Assembly: GCA_051313645.2 (NCBI GenBank)
Contig: JBNRSN020000010.1
Coordinates: 9,238,001 to 9,302,000 of the forward strand
DNA: 64,000 nt
Reading direction: 5' to 3'
From: Centroscyllium fabricii
Taxonomy: Eukaryota
In this document: in pieces, positions 48,653 through 61,000 of the stretch
Position numbering within the stretch: position 1 is the first letter of the stretch
How the letters are laid out: each line of letters starts with the position of its first letter
Made by a program: the position numbers and the translations under genes
Notes under the pieces: generated by a model
Seen by the model: only the letters and a program-made list of their open reading frames with translations
Told to the model about the DNA's origin: nothing
The model's database searches: none

Positions 48653-48719
48653 GCCGATACAAAATGAAGACATTGCAGAAGAAAAGCAAATTCTGACGGC
48701 AATCAATAAAAAGGATTAG
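48653..48719 (+). CDS. NLR terminal coding exon
   Basis: aatttttttcag|G in phase 2; PIQNEDIAEEKQILTAINKKD then TAG at 48717. Confidence 0.7.
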
Positions 48720-49314
48720 TTCACTATAATTAAAGAATGAAGGCGTGTTTACCATGAAAACTGTTTAATGTAAATATTTTAATTACTTTTACCGGTTATA
48801 CACTATATAATCAAGGCAATTTTTATCAGCTTGTCGGGGCTTGATCACACACAATGAACTGTGTAATGTCGGCGGAATTTAAACTCACGGCTACAGATTG
48901 GTGAGGGCGCGGGCACCATGTCAACGTTTAACATATAGATACTGGGAGCGCCAGTATCTGTGAACCGTGAGTCAACTACTGAAATGATTGTATTAAAACA
49001 AAGCCCTCCGCTGATTACTAACAATGCCATAAGTGTGGGTGGTTTTACCCGCATTAATCGCCCTGATCGCCTTCTCTGTACATTCAAAGGAGAAAGGAGC
49101 TCAGGCAATATGATCGGCCACTTTTACCCTCACTGCCATCTCCGAGAACTTTGGGACAATATGATGGATTAATTTGCCATTACTTTTTCACAGGATTGAG
49201 TAAAAAGCTTCATTAGAACATGTTAATCACTTTCTTAATTAATTCTTGTTGGCGAGAATTGAAAGTTGTTCAAACTAAACTCCCTTTATGTTTTATGCTC
49301 CTACGTTTAAAGTA

Positions 49315-49514
49315 TGATGTGGAGGTGCCGGTGTAGGACTGGGGTGGACAAATGCAAGAAGTCACACAACATCAGGTTATAGTCCAACATTTTATTTTAA
49401 ATCACAAGCTTTCGGAGCGCTGGTCCTTCTTTCACTTGACGAAGGAGCAGCGCTCCGAAAGCTTGTGATTTAAAATAAAACTGCTGGACTATAACCTGTT
49501 GTTGCGTGACTTCT
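49315..49514. mobile_element. Palindromic Penelope-derived mini-element (hammerheads degenerate)
   Basis: 13-bp TSD TACGTTTAAAGTA (49302-49314, 49515-49527); same head and arms as 45177; left core deleted, right core TTGACGA. Confidence 0.88.
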
Positions 49515-49529
49515 TACGTTTAAAGTAGT

Positions 49530-50720
49530 TATGGCAAGGGTCAAAGGGAACGCAACGGTGAAAATACCCACAAAATAGACTTATTTGATAAATAGAAACA
49601 CCTGGCATTAAAGGGCCGGTAGTCAATTTTGGCACCTAGTTGACAAAGAGATAGGAGCTAGAAATTATTGGAGAACGGATATTCGTCTGATTCGAATTAA
49701 GTATGTCGTGGAGTCCCCAGGAGTTGTTACTAGGACCATTAATTATATTGTTTCAAAACCATGGCCTTGTTTTGGGTATAAGGAATACAGTTGCGAATTT
49801 TGAAGATGATACTAAACTTGGCAACGTATAAAGCACTGGACAGGGATGGTGGAAGACGTCAGCAAGACATGCACAGACTGGTGTAATTAGCTGACACACG
49901 GCCGATGCAAGTTTCTGCGGATAATTGTGAAGTGATGCATTTGGGAGAAACAACATAGCGAGGCATTATAATCTAATAGGTACTATTTTAAGGAGGTGCA
50001 GGAGCAGCGAAAAATGGGATATAAAATCACAATTCCTAAAGCTGCCTGGGAACGTTGATAAGTCAGTTAAACAGCCTATGTGATACTGGGATTTATAAAG
50101 AGTGACATTGAATACAAAACAAGAAAGTCATGTTAAACATTTGCAAATCGCTGTTAGACCTCAGCTTGAGCACTGTGCCCAATTCTGGGAAAAACATTTT
50201 AGGCAGGATGTTACGGCCTTGCGGAGTTTACAGACAAGGTTTATCAGAACGACAGAAAGGATCAGTGATTTCAGTTAAGCGGAATGATTGGTGAATCGAC
50301 GGTTGTTTTCCTTAAAGCAGCGAATCTATGATTGTTTTCCTTAGAGCAGAGAAGGTTAAAAGGAAACCTATGCGAAGTATTCAAATTGACGGGTTTTGCT
50401 AGAGCAAACAGAGAGAAACTATTTCCTCTGCTAAATGATTCGATAAGCAGAATTCAGCTTTTTAATACAATTGGCAAGCCAGTAAGACAGAAACTGAGGA
50501 AGCATTATTTCTCTCTAGGGTTTTTATGATCCAGAATGCACTACCTGAAATGCACTACCTTGGTACTTTCAAAATCCAATTAGATTTATATTTGACGAGG
50601 ACACATTTGCAGGATTATGGGGAAAATCTGGGGTGTGGACCTAAATTGGGCAGCTCTTTCAAAGAACCGGCACATGCACGCCCTCTGATATTTCCCCTTC
50701 CGTGCTGTAAGAGTATATGA
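49530..50720 (+). mobile_element. Old CR1 LINE fragment
   Basis: tttgaagatgatactaaacttgg (FADDTKLG-like); FSLEQRRLKGNL. Confidence 0.8.
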
Positions 50721-51075
50721 TTCTTTACATTTTCTAAGATATTGTTTCACCTTCTGTGCCAAATATATATGCAACTTTGATGAAATACATTTTAATAAAA
50801 AGAGCAATAAATCGAAAATATATGTTTCGAATTTGTACATTCAAATGATGAATTGTCCTATAATAATATAACTACAAACAAGATATGGTTGCGATTTCAA
50901 CCTTACTTCGGCTTTTCTTATCTTAACAATCATCGAATATGTTCATAGCTATCGGAAAGTATTTTCCAAATTGTTGTCAAGAAGACAGGAATGTAAATGA
51001 CTTTTAATATTGATAAATTACGAAGCACAAGTAATTTCCGAAGCAGAATCATCTAAAATATGCCGAACCACTTAC

Positions 51076-51512
51076 ATAGAAACATAGAAACATAGAAGTT
51101 AGGAGCAGGAGTAGGCCATTCAGCCCTTCGAGCCTGCTCCGCCATTCAATGAGATCATGGCTGATCTTGGGCTGAGATCATGGCTGATCTTTCAAGTTCA
51201 GTACCCCGTCCCCGCCCTTTCTCCGTAACCCCTAATCCCCTTAGCCTGAAGAAATATATCCAAATCTCTCTTAAATATATTTAATGAACTGGCCTTCACT
51301 GCCCTCTGTGGCAAGGAATTTCACAAGCTCACCACTCTCTGGGTGAAGTAATTCTACCTCATATCGGTCCTAAATGGTTTACCACTTATCCTTAGACTGT
51401 GGCCCCTGGTTCTGGACTCCCCCGCCATTGGAAACATTATTTCTGAATCTAACCTGTCCAGGCCTGTCAGAATTTTATAAGTTTCGATGAGATCCCCTCT
51501 CAATCTTCTAAA
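51076..51512 (-). mobile_element. CR1/HER1 3' end
   Basis: (catagaaa)n tail; accactctctgggtgaag (FTQRVV on the - strand). Confidence 0.85.
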
Positions 51513-52595
51513 CCACTTCTTCTGATTTGTCCTGTCATACCCTCATCAGTATATGCATAATCATATGTTAAAATTCTTACCCCTTTGCACGTTCCCTGCT
51601 AACGTATACACATAGTCGCCAAGCTTGTCTCTCATTTATTCATCAATTATTTGTGATTTTAAAATCCTGTATCTATGTTTTATTGAAAACAGCTTAAAAC
51701 ATCATTTATTTTATTGATAGCGGAATATCTACGTACACACCCAATTTGTTATTGGCGAAAGTGATTTGGTAGCACAGCCCGGTTTTTCTGTTGGTCAGGT
51801 TTACTATCCGAGCGATGCAAAATCGAGTTGCTCTGGTATGAGCACTGGCTGCAGGACAATATTACAGCGTGAAAATTACATGGAATATTTATAATACGCA
51901 TGACTACACACGAAATTAAAACTGTAAATGTTATTGCAAAAATGTGATTGGAGTCATAGAGAAGATTATATCAAATCTAAATCAGGTGAAGTCTTGAAGT
52001 TGTGGGTGAAGTTGTGGAAGGATTCAGAGGATAAGGGACTGTCAAGCAGAGTTCGATGAAATACCACTTCAATCTCCAAAACCATCTCGATACCTGCGAA
52101 TACAGTGGTTAGGTACAAAAGGTCTGGAAGGTTTGAAGGGCTCCTATGATCGATACGCTCACGCGGAGTGGGCAATCGAAACAAACTAGAGGTGAGTGTG
52201 ACGCTGGTTATTATCACAGAAGTCACTGCCGCAGCTCTGGTTTCAGCTCGCTGCAATCGGTTTTAGACACCTACATTTGATGAGTCAGAGCAAGAATGTT
52301 TCGATGAAGTCGAAGACCGGAATTGAAGAGGTGCTAATATCAGAGTTGGGCAGATGTAATTCCATTTATAGTTTCAAAGCATGCATTCCGTCCTGGAGTT
52401 TACATTAATATTTTGTATCGCAATTACTTGCGGCAAATAATACGAAAGCCATTGACAATTTATCTAGCAGATACGTAGAGTTTACTTAAAGCCATGAGAT
52501 TTCTCGGCAAGCAACTGGACAAGGATATTTGTAGGCGCTGGAGCGTCAGCACTGGTCGGAACATGTAATTAACGCATAAGAACTAGATCAAAATT

Positions 52596-53434
52596 GGGCC
52601 AAAATTTCGTCTGCAAATGTTGGTGCGTGCGCTAGGACCCTGCGGACACCAATCGCACGCACCCACATAGAACACAAGTTGCTCCCTGACTTTCCTCCCC
52701 GTTCCTGCGCTGCGTTGCAGTCCAGACACGCTAGGTGCGCAGTGTATGCCCCGCCCACAGATCCCAAATTTAAATAAAAAACGCCCCCAGATGCCTAATT
52801 TAAATTTTAAAATGCGCACAGATCCCGACTCGGACCTTTGTGAGAGCAGGGACGTCCGGAGGTGCACTCACAGACTCGGCGGGGAGCAGCGCGGGCACAG
52901 CCGCTTCTCAGAGGAAGAAACACTAGGTAAGTCTGCCATTTTTTCCTCTTAGATTTTTTAATAGCTAGATAGTTACAAATTTCAGAAATTTAACTTTAAA
53001 AATTAGCGATTTGAAACAGGTAAATGATCTTAAAATCGGCTTTGTAATTTTTTAAAAAAAACTTTAACTTAAAAATTGAACGCTACTGATCTGGCCACAT
53101 TACTCCCAAAAACTGTAAAAAATTAAAATTAAAGTTAAAAAATTAACTTACCTGCTTGAGTAACTAAATCTTGTCCCTCATGCACGAGTTTACTACTGTT
53201 TGTCCCGGGTGCAGCTTGTGGGCCATTTGCCCACAGAATCACTCACTAAAAATCACCCCTTTTGGATTGCGAATTCTGGGTGCAACTCCCTCCTGCGTTT
53301 GATGCTGAGGGCCCTTCTCCCTCAGCATTGGAAATCTCCGTTCCGTGGGCATCCCCCGTGCGTTCATCGCTGGGGCATTTTGGACCCCCCTCCGTGCGTG
53401 TGCAGCTCCTCTGGGCAACAGGGAATTCTGGCCC
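52596..53434 (-). mobile_element. Shorter family B Harbinger-like element, inverted relative to 39615
   Basis: 52690-53434 is an approximate reverse complement of 39615-40345; gggcc/ggccc termini. Confidence 0.8.
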
Positions 53435-53699
53435 TATCAGTTAGAAATGAGGATACCTGCATGTGTAATGTAGATGCACAGAGACAAATGTTTTTTTAAT
53501 GTATTGCAAACGCATCTAAATCAAAGTAATATGTAAGTGAACGACGTTTTCAATGGAATGCTGATTTAATTACCCAAGAGTGGGATTGTGGATCACATTG
53601 TTCTGAATATGCTCACTTAGGACTGAGTGCTGGACAGCCCAGTGTAAAGAAACTGATTATGGCACGTCTGTCCGTTCGATGGTATTCATAAATTAGAGG

Positions 53700-53900
53700 T
53701 GAGTTCTCCTCTGAAATATTTTTGCCGATTGGACTCTTTGCTTAAAATGCAATGCAGTACTCAAGGACTGCAGTACTGTCCGAGGTGCCGTCTTTTGGAT
53801 ACGATGTTAAACCTAAACTCGGTCTGCCCGCTAATATATATGTATTAATCCCATGGTACTGTATGAAAGAAGAGCATGGAATCTCTCGATGTTCGGTCCA
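53700..53900 (+). mobile_element. Deu-domain SINE fragment
   Basis: tgcagtactgtccgaggtgccgtcttttggat..gttaaacc..cccatggtact..gaagagca. Confidence 0.6.
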
Positions 53901-56440
53901 GTAAAGCTACAACCCTGCAGTTCAGTGCAGCCACAATGATATGGCAAATATCTGGAAAGACAGATACGCGCCAAGGGCAGTCCTAAATGTAAATATATGC
54001 ACTTTTTGTATTTTATCCTAACCTCTTTATAGCAAAACTTCTGTAACGTATTACACGCCCAATAGCTCAGCTAGTTAGTCCCTCTGCAGGCTCAATATCT
54101 GAGTTTTCTTTGAGCCAATAACCCAGACTGTTCTGTCATTTTGTAGTTCACGGTACACTGACCCTCTTCAGGCCCATTAAACGATGGCACATTGGCACTT
54201 TATAGCCAACATTGACCAAACTAATTTTACTCGGTACTTGCTTAATTGCCCCGGGCAATGGAACCTCATGAGACCGACTAAACGCTGGATACTGTATTCC
54301 TCTGAATAGCCCATGGCTTTCTAATACGCATACCACAAATGCCCGGAGTACTGCAAACGTCTTTGTAGCATAGCTACTCCGAAGGTTTACAGGCCCAATA
54401 ACTTAGCTACACAGAATATCTGCAGTCTCAAAACGGAGATTACTTTTATTTCTGCAGGCCAAGTAGCCCAGAGTAATCTGTAAATCTTAATTACCAATAT
54501 CTCAGTGTAATCGTATTCTTCCGAAGCCCAAACAGCCAAGGTTAGTATGAAACTCTGAAGCGCCCAAGGTATTCTCCCTCTCGGAATTTCCTAGGCGACT
54601 CCTACTCTCTGCAGATCCAATGGACCAGGGCGCGCTGTCCTCCGAGAGGCCTAATATACAAAGGCATTCTGACCCAGTAAAAAGCCCAGGGCTATCTAGT
54701 CCTCGCAATATCGCAGGTTACTCAGACCAACTACATAGCCTAAATTACACTGATCCTGCGCATCACACTGGATACTGTGACCCTCTGCATGTCCAATGGC
54801 TTGAGCACACTTACCATCTACAGGATACAAAGCCCAGGGTACGGTAACACTTTGAACAGTCCAGGGATCTCTGAAACTCTGTGTAACCCCTTTTAGCCAG
54901 ATGTACTCTGCCCCTCTGCTTGCCCGATCGCACTGGGTGCTATGAGTATCTCATGGGTAAAATACAATTCTGTGTAGCCCAGGGCACTCTGACATCCTAT
55001 GTAACCCAATGTAATCTGCAAGTTAGTGCAGCTCATGGTACTCAGCCACTCTGTGTAACCCAGGTTGCTCTAAAACTAAATTTAACCCAATATATTCTGG
55101 TGTAGCTCACGCACTGTGCCACTCTGTGTAAGCTAGGTTATTCTGATACTCCGTAGCCCAGGATGCCCTGAATTTTTGTTTAGCCCAGGATATTCTTACA
55201 CTCTTCAGAGTGTCAGAATACCCTGGGCAGCCAAGAGTGTGCAGCTGATGGAATTTATGTCCAACTGTGTGGCCCAGGTTACTCCGACACACTCTGTAGC
55301 TCATTGCACCTTGACACTCTGTGTCGACCAGGATATTCCGACGCTGTGTGTAGCCCAGTTCATTCTGACGTTGTTTGCTGCCGAGGGTACTCTGAAACTA
55401 CGTTAAGCCCAGGGTAAACTAACACTCTATGCAGCCCAGGGTACTCGCACCCTACGTAGCATGGGACATTCTGACAATATGTTCATCCCAGGTTACTCTG
55501 ACAATCTGTGCAGCCCAGGAGAAACTGTCTCTCTGTGCATCCCAGGCTACTCTGATATTATATTTAGCCCAAAGTAATCTGACACTCAGAATTGCTCATG
55601 AGATTTCTGACATTCTGTTTAGCCCTGGTTACTCTGAGACTCTGAGCAGCTCATATCACTCTGACACATTGCTTAGGCCAGAGTATTCCCACACACTATG
55701 TGGTCCTATGTACTATGACAATCTTTGCAGCCCGGGATAATCTGGCACTCTGTGGAGCCCGGGGTACTCTGACACTCTTTGGAGCCCAGACTAATCAGAC
55801 ACTATGTTCAGCCCAGAGTCCTATGTGACTCTGAGTTGTTCGTGGGATTTCTGACATTCTTTGAAGCCCAGCTTACTCTCACACTCTGTGTAGCTCATGT
55901 CCTTCTGACACATTGATTAGGCCAGTGTACTCCGACGCTCTGTGTAGTGCAGTGTACTCTGACACTCTTTATAACCAGGTTACGCTGACACTCTGTGTAA
56001 CCCAAGGCACTCTGACACGTGTGTATCCCAAGGAGCTCTGACACTCTGTGTAGCCCAGGTTACTCTGAAATTCTGTGTACCTCATGTCACTCAGACATAT
56101 TGCTTAGGCCAGGGTACGCCGACACTCTGTGTAGTCCAGTGTAATCTTACACTCTTAATAACTCAGGTTTCTCTGACACCCTGTTTTGCCTAAGGTTCTC
56201 TAACAGCGTATGTATCCCAAGCAGCACTGACATACTGTGGAGCCGGTTACTCTGAGACTCTGTGTAGCCCAGGGTAATCTGCAGCCTGTGTAAGCCAGGG
56301 TATTCTGACACTCTTTTTAGCCCAGGTACTCTGCCACTCTGTTTAGCCCAGAGTAATTTGACACTCAGTTTAGCTCAGGTTAACGTGACACTCTCCATAG
56401 CTCAGCTTACTCTTACAAATTGTGTATCCCGAGGTAATAA

Positions 56441-56735
56441 CATAGAAACTAGGTGATAACATAGAAACTAGGAGCAGGAGTAGGGCATTCGGCCCTTCGA
56501 GCCTGCTCCGCCATTCAATGAGATCATGGCTGATCATCCAAACCCAGCACACCGCCCCCGCCCTCTCCCCATATCCCTATCGAGCCTACACTGACACATA
56601 TCCCACCCTAACGCCGCAACCCCACATATTCAATCCCCCCTAACACTAAGGGTCAATTTATCCCGGCCAATCAACCTAACCCGCACAGATAGTACCCGAG
56701 GCTGGATTTGAACCCGGGTCTCCAGAGCTGTGAGT
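56441..56735 (-). mobile_element. HE1-type SINE, internally deleted
   Basis: Same tail and core as 31646-32030; B box tttgaacccggg. Confidence 0.85.
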
Positions 56736-58010
56736 AGCGCAGGTGATGTGACAGTTTGTGTTGCACTGGTATTCAGACAATCTATTTTACCCAGGGGGAA
56801 CTCACACTCTAAGTAGTGCGAGGTTATCTGACACTCTGTGTAGCCCACGGTTGTATTACACGTGTTGTAGCCTAGGGTAATCTAACACTCTGTGTAGCCA
56901 GTGTGATCTGGCCGTCTGTGTATCTGAAGGTATTCTGATACTCTGTGAAACCCACGGTATTCTGAGAACCTGTGTAGCCTATGGAATCCTGACGCTATGT
57001 TTATCCCAGAGTAATCTGACACACTGTGCAGCCCAAAGTTATTTTGAATTGATTGTAGCCCAGGGTGCTATGACACTCTGCGTAGCTCATGGGTTTTCTA
57101 ACAGTCAATGTATCACAGGTATACTGACACACTGTGTAGCCCTGGGTACTTTGCCACTAGGTTAAGCCCAGGGTAAACTGGCACCCTATATAGCCCCGGG
57201 TATTCTGACACGCTATGTAGCCTAGTGTAATCTGACATGAGTTTCAGCCCAGAGTATTCTGTCACTCTATGTAGCTCATGGTATTTCTGATTTTATGCGT
57301 AGCCGAGGTTACTCTGCCAATCTGTGTACACCAGTGCACTCTGACACTCTTTTAAGACCAGGGCACTCTGACCCTCTGAAGAGACCAGGGTACTCTGAAA
57401 AATTGTCGACCCGAAGGTGCACTGACACTCTGCTTAGCCCAGCGTAATCTAACATTCTGTGTTATCCAGTGTAATCGAGCAGTCTGTTTATCAAAGGTTA
57501 CCCTGATACTCTTCGTAGCACAGGGTAATCTGACACTCTGTGTAACACAGGGTATGCTGGCACCCTGTGTAAATTAACTACTCCGACCATCTTTTAAGAC
57601 CAGGTTATTGCTCCACTAACTTTAGGCCAGAATAATCTGACATTCTATAGAGCCAAGGGTACTCTGACATTCTGTCTACCCTAGGGTTCTCTCACACTGT
57701 GTTTAGACCAGTGTTAACTGACAATCTATGTAGCCCAGTGTTATCTGGAGGTGAGTGTAGCCCAGGGTATTCTGACATTCTCTGGAGTTCATGGTACTCG
57801 GACGCTCTGTGAAGGCAATGGGAAACTGAAACTATGTGTAGCCCAGTGTAATCTTACACGGTGTTGCCCAGGATACTCCGACAAACTGTGCACCCCAGGG
57901 TACCTGACACTCTATGTAGTCCAAGGTGAACTGGGAGACAATCTAGCCGAGGAATTTCAGTCAGATTGTGTAGCTCATGCGATTTCGGACACTCTGTGTA
58001 GCCCAGGTTA

Positions 58011-61000
58011 GGACAATTATGGATAGCATCAGATACAAAGTGAGTATATATACATTGGCCAGAAAAAGCAGCAAAACTGAACAATGGGTGCAGTGTAGGT
58101 CAGCAAAGGAGGAAAAGGAAATAATTAAGAGTGGGAAAATAGAATATCTGAGTACGCTTGCATGGAATATAAATAACTGACTGCAAAAGCTTCTATACAT
58201 ATGTGAAGAGAAAAATATTGGTGAAGTCAAGCGTTGTACTCTGCAGTCAGAACAAGGGCAATTTATAATGGGGAACAAAGAAGCGGTTGACAAATGAAAT
58301 ACATACTTTGGTTCTGTCTTCAGAAAATTGGCAGAAATAACCGTGCATAGATTTCGGGGAACAAAAGGTCTGACGAAAGTGAGGAATTGAATGAAATCAG
58401 TATTTTATGGATTGGTGTTAGGGAAATTGGCGGGACTGAAGGCCTATAAACCCCCAGGGCCTGGTAATCTACATCGTAGGGTACTTAAGGAAGTAGACCT
58501 AGAAATAGTATACCCAACTGAGAAGAAAAGGGTGTAAAAGAAAAGACAGCAAATAAATTAACGATAGTATTCGACAAAAATACAAGGGCATATAAGGTAG
58601 CCAAATCTAGTGGGAGGATAGACAATTGGGAAAACTTTAAGAGAGAGCAAAAAACAACAAAAATATTGATTAAGAAAGTTAAGATAGATTATGAAAATAA
58701 ATTAGCAAAGCATATTTAAAAAATAGTAAGGGTTTCTATAGTTATATGAAAAGAAAAAGGTGGTTAAAGTCAATGTTGGTCCCTTAGAGAATGAGGCCCG
58801 GAAATTAATGGTGGGAAATATGGATATGGCAAAAACATTCAATGAATATTATTTATCAGTCTTTACAGTTGAGGACACTAAGAATATCCCAACACTGGAC
58901 AAACGGAGGTCTATATGGGGGAGGAGGAGCTAAACACGATGAAATTCACGACGGAAGTGGTACTCGGTAAATTAATGGGGCTCAAGGCGGATAAATCACC
59001 TGGACCTGATAGATTACATCCTAGGGTCTTGAGGGAAGTGGTGGTAGGGATTGTCGATGCATTGGAAAATAATTTTCCAAAACTCCCTGGACTCAGCAAA
59101 CATCCCGGCAGACTGGAAAACTGCTAATGTAACAGCCTTATTTAAAAAGGGCAGTGGAGAGAAGGCTGGAAACTATAGACCGGTTAGCCTAACATCTGTC
59201 GTGGGTAAAATTTTGGAGTCCATTATTAAGGAGACAGTAACAGGCCATTTGGATAAACATAATTGAAAAGGACAATGTCAGCATGGTTTTATGAAACAGT
59301 AGTCTTGTTAGACAAATTTGTTACAGTTCTTTGAGGATGTAAAATATAGATGGATAAATGGAAGCCGGTGAACGTGGTGTATTTAGACTTTCAAACGGCA
59401 TTTGACAAGGTGCCACACAAATGATTATTGCTTAAATAAAAAATCACGGGATTGGGGGTTAATATTCTGGCATGGATAGAGGTTTTGCTATCTCCGGGAA
59501 GCCAGATAGTTGGGAAAAATGGTTCATTCTCAGAGAGGGAATCGGTAACTAGTGGTGTTCCGCAGGGTTCAGTACTGGGACCCCAACTCTTTACAATCTA
59601 TATCAACAATTTGGAGGAGGGGACCGAGTGTAACATATCAACTTTTGCAGATGATACTAAGATGGGAGGGAAAGTAGTGAGGGATGAGGACATAATAAAC
59701 CTGCAAGGGGACATTGGCAGGCTAAGTAAGTGGGCAGAGATTTGGCAGATGGAATACCATATTGGAAAGTGGGAGGTTATGCACTTTGGCGGGAAAAGCC
59801 AAAGAGCTAGTTATTATCTTAATGGCAAGAAACTGGAAAGTACTGTAGTACAAAAGGGATCTAGGGGTCTTGGTGCACGAAACTATAAAGGTTAGTATGC
59901 AGGTGCATCAAGTGATTAAGAAGGCCAATGGGATGTTGGCTTTCATTGCTAGGGGGATAGAATATAAAAATAGGGATGTGTTGCTTCAGTTGTACAAGGT
60001 CTTGTTGAGAGCACACTTGGAGTACTGCGTACAGTTTTAGTGTCCATACTTAAGAAAGGACATACTCGCTCTCGAGTCGGTACAAAGAAGTTTCACACGG
60101 TTAATCTCAGGGATGAGGGGTTGGACATATGAGGAGAGGTTGAGTAGATTGGGTCTCTACTCATTGGAGTTCAGAAGAATGAGGGCGATCTTATTGAAAC
60201 ATATAAGATTGTGAAGGGTTTGGATCGGGTGGACGCAGGGAGGATTTTCCCAATGATGGGTGAAACTAGAACTAGGGGCCATCGTCTTAGAGTAAGGGGC
60301 TTCTCTTTCAAAACTGAGATTAGCAGAATCTACTTCACTCATGTGGTAGTAGGTACAAGGAAAATGCAGCCCAATTAATCTGTAGAAGCTACATCATTAC
60401 ATAAATTTAAAACCGAAATAGACAGCTTCCTAGATGTAAAAGGGATTAAGGGTTACGGGGAGCGTCCAGGAATTTGGACATGAGACTATGTTCAGATCGG
60501 TCATGGCCCTTTGGGTAGTGTAGCGGGCCCAGGGAACGTGTAGCCTGACCCTGCTACTATTTCGTGTGTCTAATTTTGTTACATTCAGGAGATGGTTCTG
60601 TCACAGTAGATTGGTGGTTAGGATCAGATCAGCCATTATTTTATCGAATGGCGGATCAGGCTCGAGGGGCCAATTGGCCTAATCCTGCTCCTATTTCTTA
60701 TGTTCCTATTTACATAATTTAGATACATTGCTGGTCATCTTACACAATTATATAGATTCTGGGATAGTTCCCATGGATTGGAGAGTTGCTAATATAACCC
60801 CACTATTTAAAAAGTTGGTACAGAGAACACCGTGAATTATCGACCAGTAAGCCTAACTTTGGAAGTGGGGAAAATGCTATAATTCATTACAAAATATGTA
60901 ATAGCAGAGCAATTGATAAGCAGTGACAGGACCGGACAACGGCAGCAAGAATTTACAAATGCTAAATCATGTTTAACTAATCTACTGTCGTTTTTGAGGA

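Noticed and set aside
51960-52200. Exon-like stretch with donor ag|gtgagt at ~52192
   Set aside because: Stops in the + frames, no recognisable protein motif, and it lies downstream of the NLR stop.
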